Source of the DNA: an uncultured Candidatus Rokubacteria bacterium
GTDB lineage: Bacteria; Methylomirabilota; Methylomirabilia; Rokubacteriales; CSP1-6
Assembly: GCA_963771355.1 (NCBI GenBank)
Contig: CAVYTA010000006.1
Location: 1,824,001-1,888,000, forward strand
Direction: 5' to 3'
Length of the DNA stretch: 64,000 nucleotides
Under the pieces are notes generated by a model. It made no database searches. It was not told the DNA's origin and saw nothing but the letters and a program-made list of their open reading frames with translations. Shown one piece after another: positions 18,390-28,849 of this stretch; the stretch's first letter is position 1, and each line of letters opens with the position of its first letter. A program made the translations under genes and the position numbers.

Positions 18390-18877
18390 CGGTCGCCTCT
18401 CCTTTCGCTCGTCGCGCGGGTCGCGACGGCGCGGTGGATCATGTCGGCCAGCCCATCGGTGGTGTCATAGCGCGCGACGTCGGCCACCGGCACCCAGCGC
18501 GCATCGGCGGCATCACTTCCCGCGCAGACGGCGCCGCCCGCCGGCTCCGCGACATAGTCCACGATCACCCAGTGGTACCGGACGCGCGGCGCGCCGCCCG
18601 GAGGGGCCCCACTCGGCCCGGCGGGGTCGCACACGATCCGATCGATCACGCCGCAGACATCGAGCACGCGCACGCTGAGGCCACATTCCTCGGTCACCTC
18701 GCGGCGCACCGCGTCCTCGAGCCGCTCCCCCACGTGCACCAGGCCGCCGGGCAGGCTCCACTTCCCCTGGGAGGGGGGCTGGCCGCGCTGCACCAGCAGC
18801 ACGCGATCGCCGTCGAGCACGACCGCCCCCACGCCCACCCGCGGGGCGTCGGGATACTCGCGCGGCGCCTCGGTCAT
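18386..18877 (-). CDS. NUDIX hydrolase
   Basis: Nudix box GGLVHVGERLEDAVRREVTEECGL. Confidence 0.92.
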   Translation of the reverse strand: MTEAPREYPDAPRVGVGAVVLDGDRVLLVQRGQPPSQGKWSLPGGLVHVGERLEDAVRREVTEECGLSVRVLDVCGVIDRIVCDPAGPSGAPPGGAPRVRYHWVIVDYVAEPAGGAVCAGSDAADARWVPVADVARYDTTDGLADMIHRAVATRATSERRGDR

Positions 18878-19692
18878 AGGAGCGTGGCGATGCGGCCGGC
18901 GCGGGTCCAGTCGGCCGAGCCGTACTTGTCCCGCGCGAGCGTGTCGGCCAGGGCGATCTCCGCGGGGGTGAGGCCGCCCGGTCCGAGGGTGAGCCCGTGC
19001 ACGGCGCGGAATCCCTCGGCGAGCGCGGCCACCGTGGCATCGAAAGATGGGCGCCGGCCCAGGACCGTCTCCAGCGTGGTCATGCCCGCGAGGGGATCCC
19101 TCTCGCCGGGAAAGACGCGGCGCAGCCGCGCGGGATCGGCCCCCAGCATCACCGCGCCATGCTGGAGGAAGCCCGTCCCCTGCCGGCGCTGGGCGCTGCC
19201 CACCACCTTGAGCCCGCTCACCTCGAGCTCGTAGGAGCCGGTGCGCGCGAAGCAGAAGGCCGGCATGCTCCGCGGATCGGACGGCTGCACCGGAACCATG
19301 GCCACGGGCGCGCCGAGGGCGCGGAGCCCGGCCTCCAGGGCCCGCCCGATCCAGTGATACGTCTGCAGGAGGTCGTCGGCGCCCGGGAAATCGCCGGCCG
19401 CCGCGCTGACACTGTAGGTGACCTCCAGGTCCGGACCCTCATGGAGGATGGCGCTGCCTCCGGTGGGCCTACGCACCAGACCGATGCCCATGGCGCCGGC
19501 GGCGTCCACGTCCACTCGCCCGTCGAGCCGCTGGCCATAGCCCAGCGAGATGGTGGCGGGATCCCAGGCGAAGAAGCGGAGGCTCGGCGGCGCCTCGCCA
19601 CCGAGACGGGAGAGCAGCAGCGCCTCGTCCAGCGCCATGTTGGCGGCGCCGTCGAGCGGCTCGGTGACGAGCAGCCGGAAGTCGGCGCTCAC
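18874..19692 (-). CDS. Lipoate-protein ligase / octanoyltransferase (LipM/LplA family)
   Basis: GTG 19692 coupled to the gcvPB stop; [22 protein letters not shown] and QHG motifs. Confidence 0.9.
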   Translation of the reverse strand: MSADFRLLVTEPLDGAANMALDEALLLSRLGGEAPPSLRFFAWDPATISLGYGQRLDGRVDVDAAGAMGIGLVRRPTGGSAILHEGPDLEVTYSVSAAAGDFPGADDLLQTYHWIGRALEAGLRALGAPVAMVPVQPSDPRSMPAFCFARTGSYELEVSGLKVVGSAQRRQGTGFLQHGAVMLGADPARLRRVFPGERDPLAGMTTLETVLGRRPSFDATVAALAEGFRAVHGLTLGPGGLTPAEIALADTLARDKYGSADWTRAGRIATLL

Positions 19693-21161
19693 CCCTGTCC
19701 GGGCGCCCACTTGAGAACGGGCTGGCGCGCGGCAAGCGTCTGGTCGAGTCGCCGTACCGAGGTGGTCACCGGCGCCTCGTGGAGCAGATGGGGATTGGTC
19801 TCCGCCTCGCGCGCGATCTGGATCATGGCGTCGCAGAACTGGTCGAGCGTCTCCTTGGACTCGGTCTCGGTGGGCTCGATCATCAACGCCTCTTCGACGA
19901 TCAACGGGAAGTACGTGGTGGGCGCGTAGAAGCCCAGGTCGAGCAGCCGCTTGGCGATGTCGGTCGCGGAGACGCCGAGCTTCTTCTGGCGTCGCGCCGA
20001 GACCACGCACTCGTGCATGCACGGGCCCGGGGTGGCGCGGTCGTAGTCGCCCTCGAGCCGCCTGAGGATGTAGTTGGCGTTGAGGACCGCGTTCTCCGAG
20101 ACCGCGCGCAGCCCATCCGGGCCCATGGTGCGGATATAGGCGTAGGCGCGCACCAGCATGCCGAAGTTGCCCCAGAAGGCCTGGAGCTTGCCGATGGACT
20201 GGGGCCGGCTCCAGTCCAGCGCGTACCCGGTGTCATCGTCCTTTACCACCACCGGCGTCGGCAGGAAGGGGGCGAGATGCGCCTTGACTCCCACCGGGCC
20301 CGACCCCGGGCCGCCCCCGCCATGCGGCGTGGTGAAGGTCTTGTGCAAGTTGAAGTGGCAGACGTCGAAGCCGAGATCGCCCGGGCGGGTGATGCCGAGG
20401 ATGGCGTTGAAGTTTGCGCCGTCCATGTAGACCTGCACGCCCTTGGCGTGGCACATCTCGGTGATCTGGTGGATCTTGGACTCGAAGAGCCCCAGCGTGT
20501 TCGGCTGGGTGATCATGAAGGCGGCCACGTCCTCGTCGAGATGCCGCTCGAGGTCGGCCAGATCCACCTCGCCCGCCTCGTCCGACTTGAGCTGCACCAC
20601 CTGGTAGCCGGCCAGCGCGGTGGTGGCGGGGTTGGTGCCGTGGGCGGAGTCGGGGATGAGCACCTTGTGGCGCCGCTCGCCGCGCGAGAGATGCCAGGCG
20701 CGGATCATGAGCACGCCCGCGAACTCGCCCTGCGCGCCGGCGGCGGGCTGCAGCGAGACGTGGTCCATGCCCGAGATCTCGGCGAGATCGCGCGCCAGCT
20801 CCCACATGAGCTGGAGCGCGCCCTGGCTGGCCGCCAGCGGCGCCAGCGGGTGCAGCCGCGCGAAGCCCGGCAGCCGCGCCATGTCCTCGTTGATCTTCGG
20901 GTTGTACTTCATGGTGCAGGACCCGAGCGGGTAGAAGTGCGTGTCCACCCCGTAGTTCATCTGGCTGAGGCGCGAGTAGTGGCGGACCACGTCCACCTCG
21001 GACACCTCGGGCAGCGCAGGCGGGGTGGCGCGAACGAACTGCGCGGGCACGAGGCTGCTGGGATCGGCCGACGGCACGTCCAGCGCGGGCAGCGAGTGGG
21101 CGAAGCGGTCCGGAGCGGAGAGCTCGAAGATCAGCTTGTCGTAGGCAGGCCTGGCTTCCAT
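19689..21161 (-). CDS. gcvPB: Glycine dehydrogenase subunit 2
   Basis: [20 protein letters not shown] and [16 protein letters not shown] (PLP Lys). Confidence 0.97.
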   Translation of the reverse strand: MEARPAYDKLIFELSAPDRFAHSLPALDVPSADPSSLVPAQFVRATPPALPEVSEVDVVRHYSRLSQMNYGVDTHFYPLGSCTMKYNPKINEDMARLPGFARLHPLAPLAASQGALQLMWELARDLAEISGMDHVSLQPAAGAQGEFAGVLMIRAWHLSRGERRHKVLIPDSAHGTNPATTALAGYQVVQLKSDEAGEVDLADLERHLDEDVAAFMITQPNTLGLFESKIHQITEMCHAKGVQVYMDGANFNAILGITRPGDLGFDVCHFNLHKTFTTPHGGGGPGSGPVGVKAHLAPFLPTPVVVKDDDTGYALDWSRPQSIGKLQAFWGNFGMLVRAYAYIRTMGPDGLRAVSENAVLNANYILRRLEGDYDRATPGPCMHECVVSARRQKKLGVSATDIAKRLLDLGFYAPTTYFPLIVEEALMIEPTETESKETLDQFCDAMIQIAREAETNPHLLHEAPVTTSVRRLDQTLAARQPVLKWAPGQG

Positions 21162-21171
21162 GGCGGGCCGC

Positions 21172-22515
21172 TCACGCCACCGCGGCGGCCAGCGCCGCGG
21201 CGTAGGCGTCGATCTCGTCCTTGGTCCGCCGCTCGGTCACCGCGACCAGGAGCACGTTCTTGGCGCCGCGGTCGAAGAGCTTGAGCGGCACGCCCGCGAG
21301 GATGCGGTCCTTGAGGAGGCGCTTGACCACGCGGTCCGGCGCCTTGGGCAGCTCCAGGGCGAACTCCTTGAAGAAGGGCGCGCGGTGGCGCAGCCGGACG
21401 CCGGGGACCCCCGCGAACCGCTCCGCCGCGTAGTGGGCCTTGGCGGTGGCGAGCTCACCCACCCGCCGCAGCCCCTGCTTGCCCATGATCGCGACGTAGA
21501 TCGTCGCCATGAGGGCGCACAGGGCCACGTTGGTGCAGATGTTCGAGGTGGCCTTCTCGCGGCGGATGTGCTGCTCGCGCGTCTGGAGGGTGAGGACATA
21601 GCCGCGGTGGCCGTCGCGGTCCACGGTGGCGCCCACGAGGCGCCCGGGCATGCGGCGCACGAGCTCCGCACGGCAGGCGAAGACGCCCAGGTTCGGGCCG
21701 CCATAGCTGAGCGGCACGCCGAGGCCTTGGCCCTCGCCCACCACGATGTCGGCGCCGAGGGCACCCGGCGGCGTGAGGAAGCCCAGGTTCACCGGGTCCG
21801 CCGCCACCACGAGGAGCGCGCCCTTGGCGTGGGCGATCTCTCCCGCCGCGCGGACGTCCTCGAGGCAGCCGAGGAAGTTGGGGTACTGGACCACCACCGC
21901 CGCGGTGCGCTCCGTCACCGCGCGCCGGAGGATGTCGAGATCGGTGACGCCGTCGGCCAGGGCCACCCGCTTGAGCCGGAGGTCCGGTCCCTCACAGTAG
22001 GTCTCGACCACCTGTCCGTACAGCGGGTTCACGCCTCGGCTGAAGGCGGTCTCATTCCGCCCGGTGACGGCATGGGCCATGAGCACCGCTTCCGCCAGCG
22101 AGGAGGCGCCGTCGTAGATGGACGCGTTGGCGACGTCCATCCCCGTCAGCTCCGCCATCATGGTCTGGTACTCGAAGATGGTGCGGAGCGTGCCCTGGCT
22201 CGCCTCGGGCTGATAGGGCGTATACGCGGTGAAGAACTCGCCTCGGGAGATGAGGTGGTTGATCGGGCTCGGCACGATGTGGTCGTAAGAGCCGGCGCCG
22301 AGAAAGCACGCGTAGTCATCGGCGGAGGCGTCCTTCGCGGCGAGCGCGCGGAGGTGGCGGACGAGGTCCGTCTCCGCCATCGCGGCGGGCAGTCCCAGCG
22401 GGCGGGACAGCCGCGCCTTGGCGGGCACGTTGGAAAGCAGGGCCTCGATGCTGGCCGCGCCGATCCGGCCCAGCATTTCCTTCTGCTGGGCGGGGGTATT
22501 CGAGATATAGCGCAT
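21172..22515 (-). CDS. gcvPA: Glycine dehydrogenase subunit 1
   Basis: [11 protein letters not shown] and [18 protein letters not shown] motifs. Confidence 0.97.
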   Translation of the reverse strand: MRYISNTPAQQKEMLGRIGAASIEALLSNVPAKARLSRPLGLPAAMAETDLVRHLRALAAKDASADDYACFLGAGSYDHIVPSPINHLISRGEFFTAYTPYQPEASQGTLRTIFEYQTMMAELTGMDVANASIYDGASSLAEAVLMAHAVTGRNETAFSRGVNPLYGQVVETYCEGPDLRLKRVALADGVTDLDILRRAVTERTAAVVVQYPNFLGCLEDVRAAGEIAHAKGALLVVAADPVNLGFLTPPGALGADIVVGEGQGLGVPLSYGGPNLGVFACRAELVRRMPGRLVGATVDRDGHRGYVLTLQTREQHIRREKATSNICTNVALCALMATIYVAIMGKQGLRRVGELATAKAHYAAERFAGVPGVRLRHRAPFFKEFALELPKAPDRVVKRLLKDRILAGVPLKLFDRGAKNVLLVAVTERRTKDEIDAYAAALAAAVA

Positions 22516-22523
22516 GGGGCTCC

Positions 22524-22916
22524 TCAGTGCCCGCCGGCGGCGATGAGCTGCTCGTACTGGGCCGCGCTCAGGAGTGCGTTCGCCTCCGCCGGATTGGCCA
22601 TGCGGATCACCAGCATCCAGCCCTGGCCGTAGGGGTCGCGGTTCACCGTCTCCGGCTTCTTCGGCAGCTCGGCATTGACCTCCACCACTTCGCCGGTGAG
22701 CGGGGCGAAGAGATCCGACACCGCCTTCACCGACTCCACCACCCCGAAGGTCGACATGCTGGTGACCTTGGCGCCCACCTTGGGCAGCTCGACGAACACG
22801 ACGTCGCCGAGCTGCTCCTGGGCGAAGTCGGTGATGCCGATGCGGGCGCGGTCACCCTCGATCTTCGCCCACTCATGCTCTTTCGTGTACTTCAGATCCC
22901 CCGGAACATTGGACAT
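22524..22916 (-). CDS. gcvH: Glycine cleavage system H protein
   Basis: EHEW, GITDFAQEQLGD and VESVKAVSD (lipoyl Lys). Confidence 0.97.
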   Translation of the reverse strand: MSNVPGDLKYTKEHEWAKIEGDRARIGITDFAQEQLGDVVFVELPKVGAKVTSMSTFGVVESVKAVSDLFAPLTGEVVEVNAELPKKPETVNRDPYGQGWMLVIRMANPAEANALLSAAQYEQLIAAGGH

Positions 22917-22925
22917 CACGCCCCC

Positions 22926-24041
22926 CTACGACTTCTTGGCCTTGGAAGGAACGAACGGCGTGCGGACGACGCGGGCCCGCTGGCCCACGCCACGGATCTC
23001 GACGTCCCACTCGCTGCCCACGGCGGCGAGGTCCGCGCGCACGTACCCCATGCCGATACCGCGCTCGAGGCTCGGCGAGAACGATCCCGACGTCACCACT
23101 CCGACCTCCGTGCCGTCCTTGAGGATCCGGTAGCCGTGGCGCGCCACCTGACGCTCGACCATCTCGAAGCCGATGAGCTTGCGCGCCACGCCCCGGGCGC
23201 GGAGGGCCTCGATGGCCGCCCGCCCGATGAACTCGCCCTTGGCGGGCTTGACCACCCAGCCGAGGCCGGCCTCGAGCGGGTTGGTGGTCTGGTCGATGTC
23301 GTTGCCGTAGAGCGCGAACTTCATCTCGAGCCGCAGCGTGTCGCGGGCCCCGAGACCGATGGGCCGGATGCCGTCGGGCCGGCCCGCCTCCATGAGGGCG
23401 TGCCAGAGCCGCGCCGCCTCCCCCGCGGGGACATAGAGCTCGAAGCCGTCCTCGCCGGTATAGCCGGTCCGGGAGATGAGGCCGGGCACCCCCGCCACCT
23501 TGCCCGGCGCAAAGTGGTAATAGCGGATCGAGACCACGTCGGTGTCCGCGAGCCGTTGCACCAGCCCTTCGGCCTTCGGGCCCTGCACGGCGAGGAGGGC
23601 CGTCTCCGCGCTCACGTTCTTCCAGCCGGCGCCCGGCTGGTGCTCGGTCACCCAGCGCCAATCCTTGTCGATATTGGACGCGTTCACCGTGAGCATGTAG
23701 CGGTCGCCGGCGAGGCGATAGAGCGTGAGATCGTCCACGATGCCGCCCTCGGGATAGCAGAGCACCGAGTACTGCACCTGGCCCTCGGCGAGCGGGGCGG
23801 CGTCATTGGTGCAAAGGCGCTGCACCGCAGCGAGCGCGGCGGCGCCGGCCACCTCGAACTCGCCCATGTGGCTGATGTCGAAGAGGCCGACGGCGGAGCG
23901 CACCGCCTTGTGCTCCTCGACGATGCCCGCATACTGCACGGGCATGTCCCAGCCGCCGAAGGGCACCATCTTCGCTCCGGCCTTGACGTGGACGTCGTGG
24001 AGCGGCGTGCGCTTGAGCGGGCCGGATTCGTGTGCGGTCAT
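22926..24041 (-). CDS. gcvT: Glycine cleavage aminomethyltransferase T
   Basis: LFDISHMG, RTGYTGEDGFE and GLGARDTLRLE motifs. Confidence 0.97.
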   Translation of the reverse strand: MTAHESGPLKRTPLHDVHVKAGAKMVPFGGWDMPVQYAGIVEEHKAVRSAVGLFDISHMGEFEVAGAAALAAVQRLCTNDAAPLAEGQVQYSVLCYPEGGIVDDLTLYRLAGDRYMLTVNASNIDKDWRWVTEHQPGAGWKNVSAETALLAVQGPKAEGLVQRLADTDVVSIRYYHFAPGKVAGVPGLISRTGYTGEDGFELYVPAGEAARLWHALMEAGRPDGIRPIGLGARDTLRLEMKFALYGNDIDQTTNPLEAGLGWVVKPAKGEFIGRAAIEALRARGVARKLIGFEMVERQVARHGYRILKDGTEVGVVTSGSFSPSLERGIGMGYVRADLAAVGSEWDVEIRGVGQRARVVRTPFVPSKAKKS

Positions 24042-24093
24042 CGGGAAGCCGGCGTCATCTTAACCGAAGGGCGCAGAGCCCGCAATTGCGGCA

Positions 24094-24429
24094 TCACTCG
24101 AGGAACTGGACCCCGCGGGGCGCGTTCACGTAGATGAGGGTCTCCTCGTCGGCCACCAGGTCGTGCTTGCCGCCGGGCGGCGTCCAGAAGAAGTCGCCGG
24201 TCTTCACCGGCTGCCCGCCGATCCGCGCCCGCCCGCCCAGCACGTACACTTCCTCGCCCCCGGGATGATCGTGCAGCGGCACCCGCGCGCCCTGGGCGAT
24301 GCGCACCAGGAAGGTCGCGCCTCCTTCGGATCCGTGGCTGCGCAGCCCGCAGTACTCGACGCCCGGTGTGGCGGTCGCCTTCCAGCGTTGCCCCTCCACC
24401 GTCCGGTGCACCACCTCATCGGCTTCCAT
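24094..24429 (-). CDS. Cupin domain protein (ChrR-like)
   Basis: PLHDHPGGEEVYVL...PPGGKH cupin motifs; AAGGAGG RBS. Confidence 0.85.
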   Translation of the reverse strand: MEADEVVHRTVEGQRWKATATPGVEYCGLRSHGSEGGATFLVRIAQGARVPLHDHPGGEEVYVLGGRARIGGQPVKTGDFFWTPPGGKHDLVADEETLIYVNAPRGVQFLE

Positions 24430-24442
24430 GCTGATCCTCCTT

Positions 24443-24498
24443 TGCTCGCGGGCGGCGGGCTCTGCTCGCGGGCGCGGGCTCTGCTCGCCGGCGCGGGC
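24443..24498. repeat. Three imperfect tandem copies of a 19-20 bp unit
   Basis: tgctcgcgggcggcgggctc / tgctcgcgggcgcgggctc / tgctcgccggcgcgggc. Confidence 0.75.
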
Positions 24499-24504
24499 CG
24501 GACG

Positions 24505-25896
24505 CTACTCGAGTATGCCGCACCAGCGCACGAGAAGCTCGATCAGCCCCTCGATGGCGGCGTGGTACTCGGCCAGCGGCACGAACTCGTCGGGGCGATG
24601 GGCCCGGCCGATGCTACCCGGACCGAATATCGCCGCCGGCATGCCGCCCTGGTTCACGAGGTGGCGGATGTCGCAGCAGAAGGGCCCGCCGCTCGGGGCA
24701 GCGGCGATCCCGGCCGCGCCCAGCGCGACAGCCACCTCGGCGGCGAAGGGCAGCGCAGCGGGCTGGGCCACGCCGTCATCGTGGTGGAGAAAGCGCAGCC
24801 GGGCCGGGTGCGCGGTCAGGAACGGATCGGCGGCGTTCAGCCGCGCCACCGCCGCGCGCATGGCCGCCATCACGTCCGCGATCTCTCCCGAGCCCGGCGC
24901 GAAGTAGGCCGAGCCCCGCAGGGTGGCGGAGAGCGCGGTCACGGTCTCGTAGTGGCCGCCCGTCACCTTGCCCAGCACCAGCGCGAAGGGATTGCCGTCT
25001 CGGTGCAGCGGATGCGCGGGCCGCGCATTGTACTCGCGCTCCACCGCGAGCAGCGCTCCGATGGCGGCGGGTAGCTTCTCCACCGCGCTCACGCCCACCT
25101 GGCGGGTCCCCTGCCAGCGGGCCCCCGGCGAGGTCGGCACCCCCGGCACCTCCAGCTCCCAGTACAAGCCGCCCGGCGCGGTGACGAAGAGCCGGCACTC
25201 GGTCGGCTCGAGGACCAGCGCGGCGTCGGCACGCTGACCACGGGCAACGAGGTCCAACGTGCCGTTGCCGGCATGCTCCTCGTTGACCACGCTCTGGAGG
25301 AGCACGTCGCCCCGGAGCCGGACCCCGGCCTCGGTGAGGCAGGCCAGCGCTTCCACCGCCGCACCCAGCCCGGCCTTCATGTCCGCGGCACCGCGGCCGT
25401 ACAGAAGCCCATCCTCGATGGCCGCGCCGAAGGGATCGCGCGTCCACGCCCCGCGGGGCTCGACGGTGACGGTGTCCACGTGGCCGTTGAGGATGAGCGA
25501 GCGCCCCCCGCCCGTCCCCGTCCGGCGCGCCCAGAGATTGGGACGGCCGCGGTAGTGCAGCACCGTCTCGAGCCCGCTCGCCTGCAGCGACTCGAAGGTG
25601 GGCAGCGCTTCGTAGGGCAGAATGAGATCGTGCTGCCAGTGGGTCGGATACTGGGCTACCGCCGGGAACCTGCGGAAGAGCCGCTCCACGTCCGGCTCAC
25701 CCGTCTCCACCGTCAGCCCGAGGGCGTCGAGGCGCCGCGCCAGATACTCCTGGCCGGGCCCCTCCTCGCCGGTCAGGCTCGGCGTGCGCACGAACCCGGC
25801 CAGGAAGGCGGTTGCCTCCGCGCGCCGGCGGCGGGCCACCGCGCGCGCCGCCGCCGCGGCGGCGGGCCCGGCCGCGCGCGCTACTTGCTGAGCCAC
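24505..25896 (-). CDS. M20 family (ArgE/DapE-like) amidohydrolase
   Basis: LNGHVDTV, GRGAADMKAG, VNEE, LEPT and AHRPDE metal-binding motifs. Confidence 0.9.
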   Translation of the reverse strand: MAQQVARAAGPAAAAAARAVARRRRAEATAFLAGFVRTPSLTGEEGPGQEYLARRLDALGLTVETGEPDVERLFRRFPAVAQYPTHWQHDLILPYEALPTFESLQASGLETVLHYRGRPNLWARRTGTGGGRSLILNGHVDTVTVEPRGAWTRDPFGAAIEDGLLYGRGAADMKAGLGAAVEALACLTEAGVRLRGDVLLQSVVNEEHAGNGTLDLVARGQRADAALVLEPTECRLFVTAPGGLYWELEVPGVPTSPGARWQGTRQVGVSAVEKLPAAIGALLAVEREYNARPAHPLHRDGNPFALVLGKVTGGHYETVTALSATLRGSAYFAPGSGEIADVMAAMRAAVARLNAADPFLTAHPARLRFLHHDDGVAQPAALPFAAEVAVALGAAGIAAAPSGGPFCCDIRHLVNQGGMPAAIFGPGSIGRAHRPDEFVPLAEYHAAIEGLIELLVRWCGILE

Positions 25897-27503
25897 ACCT
25901 GGTCGAAGCTGGAATACAGCGCGATGGGGCCGCGGAAGACGTCCTGGACGCGCCGGTTGTACACGGTGGTGGTGCCCATCTCCATGAGCCAGAGCACGGG
26001 CAGGTCCTCGACCAGGATCTCCTGCACTTTCTTGTATTGCTGGACGCGTATGGCGGGGTTCATCTCGCGCCCCGCCGCCGCGAAGAGGTGGTCCACGGCG
26101 GGATTGTTGTAGCTCATCGAGTTGGTGAACGGCACGCCCTTGAGGATATTGGTCGAGATATAGGTCCGCTCCACCCCGATCGCCGGATCCGCGTAGTTGT
26201 TGCTGAAGGTCGAGGTGAGCTGGAAATCCCAGTCGGTGTAGACGCGCTTGAGCCAGCCCGGCAGATCGGAGGCGCGCGTGGTGACGCGGATGCCGACCTT
26301 ACCCAGCGCCTGCTTGACGTACTCGGCCAGGCGCACCCAGTTCTCGCCGTATGGCAGAAAGTCCTGGGTGAGGTCGAAGCGGACGCCGCCGGCGCCGCGC
26401 TTGAAGCCCGCCTCGTCGAGCAGGCGCTCGGCGGCGGCGGGATCGAAGGGATAGCGCCGCACCGCCGGGTTGTAGAAGGTGGAATTCCCGCTCACGATGG
26501 GCCCGGTGGCGGGCTTCCCCACCCCGAACCAGATGGTGTCCACCACCACCTTCTTGTCGATGGCCTGGGCCAGCGCGCGACGCACCCTCACGTCCGACAG
26601 ATGCTTGTCGCGGAGGTTCAGCTCCAGCCACATCAGCGGGCCCAGCGCCTCGTAGCCGCGGTCGGTGGAGGCCAGATGCGGCAGCTTGACCAGACGCCCG
26701 ATCTCCGCCTCGGGCACCGCGCCGGAGGGCGCCAGATCCACCTCGCCCGTCTCGAGCGCGGCCACCCGCGCGCCGCCATCCGGGATCACCTTGTAGATGA
26801 TGCGGTCGAGATACGGCCGCCCCCGCTTCCAGTAGTCCGGGTTCTTTCCGAGCACCAGATAGCTCCCGCGCGCCCACTCGGTGAGCTTGAAGGGCCCCGT
26901 CCCCACCGGCTGATTGTTGAAGGCGCTCTTCCGGAAGTCGGTCTCGTTCTCGAGGAGATGCCGCGGGAAGATCGGCACCTCGGTGGGCTGGAATACCGAC
27001 AGGAAATGCGCCTGGGGCGCCGAGAGCCGGAAGATCACGGTGTGCTCGTCGGGGGTCTCGATGGCGCGGAGGTCGCGGAAATTGGCGCGCCCGCGCGAGT
27101 GGAGCGGGCGGACGATCCTCTCCACCGAGAACTTCACGTCCGCGCTCGTGAAGGGCTTGCCATCGTGGAACTTCACCCCTCGCTGGAGCTTGAAGGTCCA
27201 GGTGAGACCGTCCGGGGTGACGCTCCAGGACTGGGCGAGCGCGGGCACCGGCTTCATGCCGGTCTCGTAGGCGAGCAGGCTCTCGAAGATCTTGCTCGCC
27301 ACCAGCGCGGTGGGCACCGCGGTGGTGGCAATGGTGGTGAGCGCGGTCGGCTCGGGATGGAAGGAGAGCGTGAGGGTACCCCCCGCGCGGGGGGCCGCCG
27401 CCGGCGTCGGGGCGGCCGGGGCCTGAGCCTCGACTTTCACGGCCGCGGCGAGGACGACGGCGCCCGCGATGAGGAGCGCCGCCGCCCGCACCCTGCCTCT
27501 CAC
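25881..27503 (-). CDS. ABC transporter substrate-binding protein, family 5 (peptide/nickel)
   Basis: GTG coupled to the upstream stop; signal peptide; PALAQSW, GVKFHDGKPFTSADVKFS and PVGTGPFK motifs. Confidence 0.93.
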   Translation of the reverse strand: MRGRVRAAALLIAGAVVLAAAVKVEAQAPAAPTPAAAPRAGGTLTLSFHPEPTALTTIATTAVPTALVASKIFESLLAYETGMKPVPALAQSWSVTPDGLTWTFKLQRGVKFHDGKPFTSADVKFSVERIVRPLHSRGRANFRDLRAIETPDEHTVIFRLSAPQAHFLSVFQPTEVPIFPRHLLENETDFRKSAFNNQPVGTGPFKLTEWARGSYLVLGKNPDYWKRGRPYLDRIIYKVIPDGGARVAALETGEVDLAPSGAVPEAEIGRLVKLPHLASTDRGYEALGPLMWLELNLRDKHLSDVRVRRALAQAIDKKVVVDTIWFGVGKPATGPIVSGNSTFYNPAVRRYPFDPAAAERLLDEAGFKRGAGGVRFDLTQDFLPYGENWVRLAEYVKQALGKVGIRVTTRASDLPGWLKRVYTDWDFQLTSTFSNNYADPAIGVERTYISTNILKGVPFTNSMSYNNPAVDHLFAAAGREMNPAIRVQQYKKVQEILVEDLPVLWLMEMGTTTVYNRRVQDVFRGPIALYSSFDQVWLSK

Positions 27504-28828
27504 GCACGCGCCCCGAGAACCCGCTTCACCGCTTCCACGAATCGGTCCACGTCGGCGTCGGTCATGGCCAGCGAGCAGGCCCCGAGCCCGCGCTGGGAGA
27601 TCAGGAAGCCCTCGTTGATCAAGGCCATGAAAGTCTCCACCGACGCGGTGGGGTCGGCCGGCCGCTGCGAGCGATAGTCGGTGAGCCGCTTCTTGGTGTG
27701 GTGCAGCCAGAAGAGCGAGCCCGTGCCGGTGATCTGGCCGGGATACTTGAGGGACCGCAGTGCCTTCGCGACCCCCGCGCGCAGGCGGTCGCCGAGGGCG
27801 TCGAGCCGCGCATATGCCTCCGGCGTGAGCTGCTCCATGGTGGCTACCCCGCCCGCCATGGTGAGCGGATTGGCGTTGAAGGTGCCGCCGTGATTGATCC
27901 GCCCCTTGCCCCCGCGTGGATCGTAGTAGTTCATCACCTCCGCGCGGCCGCCGAAGGCGCCCACCGCGAGACCGCCCCCGATGATCTTGCCGAGCGTGGT
28001 GAGATCGGGCCGGATGCCGAAGCGCTGCTGCGCGCCGCCGGTCGCCACCCGAAATGAAATCACCTCGTCGAAGATGAGGAGGATGCCGAGCTTCGCGGTG
28101 GCCGCGCGCAGGCCCTCGAGGAAGCCCTCTGCCACCGGGATCATCCCGGCATTGGCGAGCATGGGGTCGATGATGAGGGCGGCCAGATCCCCCGCTTCCT
28201 TCTCGAGAATCTTCACGCAGGCGTCGAGGTCGTTCCAGGGCAGCACCACCACGTGCTTCATCACCGCCGCCGGCACCCCCGCCGACCACGCCACCGACTT
28301 GGGCCGCTTGCGCGAGCCCCCCTGCCCTTCCTCGGTGGACACGCTCACCAGCACCCAGTCGTGGGTGCCGTGATAGGCGCCCTCGAACTTGGCGATCTTC
28401 GACTTTCCGGTGAACGCGCGGGCCACTCGGATGGCGTGCATGGTGGCCTCGGTGCCGGAGTTGGCGAACCGGACGACCTCCATGGTGGGAATACGCCGGG
28501 TGAGGATCTCGGCGAGCCGGATCTCGTGCTCGCTGGGGCCGGGGAAGGACATCCCGTGCACCGCCGCGTCCTGGATGGCCTGGACCACTGCCGGATTGGC
28601 GTGGCCCAGGATCAAGCTCGTGTAGTTGCCGTTGAAGTCCAGCCGCTCGTTCCCGTCCGCGTCCCAGATCCGCGCCCCCGCCCCGCGGGCGATGTAGAAG
28701 GGATATGGATCGAAGAAGGTAGTGGTGCGGCTGTTCCCGCCGGGCATGACGCGCAGCGCGTCCTCGAAGAGCTGGCGGGAGCGGGGCGTCTTGGCCTGAT
28801 AGTCGCGGATGGTGGTCTCGAGCGTCAT
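27500..28828 (-). CDS. Class III PLP aminotransferase, glutamate-1-semialdehyde aminomutase-like
   Basis: NSGTEA, FEGAYHG, FDEVISFR and TLGKIIGGG motifs. Confidence 0.9.
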   Translation of the reverse strand: MTLETTIRDYQAKTPRSRQLFEDALRVMPGGNSRTTTFFDPYPFYIARGAGARIWDADGNERLDFNGNYTSLILGHANPAVVQAIQDAAVHGMSFPGPSEHEIRLAEILTRRIPTMEVVRFANSGTEATMHAIRVARAFTGKSKIAKFEGAYHGTHDWVLVSVSTEEGQGGSRKRPKSVAWSAGVPAAVMKHVVVLPWNDLDACVKILEKEAGDLAALIIDPMLANAGMIPVAEGFLEGLRAATAKLGILLIFDEVISFRVATGGAQQRFGIRPDLTTLGKIIGGGLAVGAFGGRAEVMNYYDPRGGKGRINHGGTFNANPLTMAGGVATMEQLTPEAYARLDALGDRLRAGVAKALRSLKYPGQITGTGSLFWLHHTKKRLTDYRSQRPADPTASVETFMALINEGFLISQRGLGACSLAMTDADVDRFVEAVKRVLGARA

Positions 28829-28849
28829 AGTGAAGCCTCCATGGTCAGG

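Noticed and set aside
24042..24093. Glycine riboswitch upstream of gcvT
   Set aside because: The gap is only about 50 bp and lacks the aptamer motifs.
27500..28828. Calling this gene hemL
   Set aside because: It has DFNGNYTSLILGH instead of the typical HemL DYVxSWGP motif and sits in a catabolic context; treated as a paralog.
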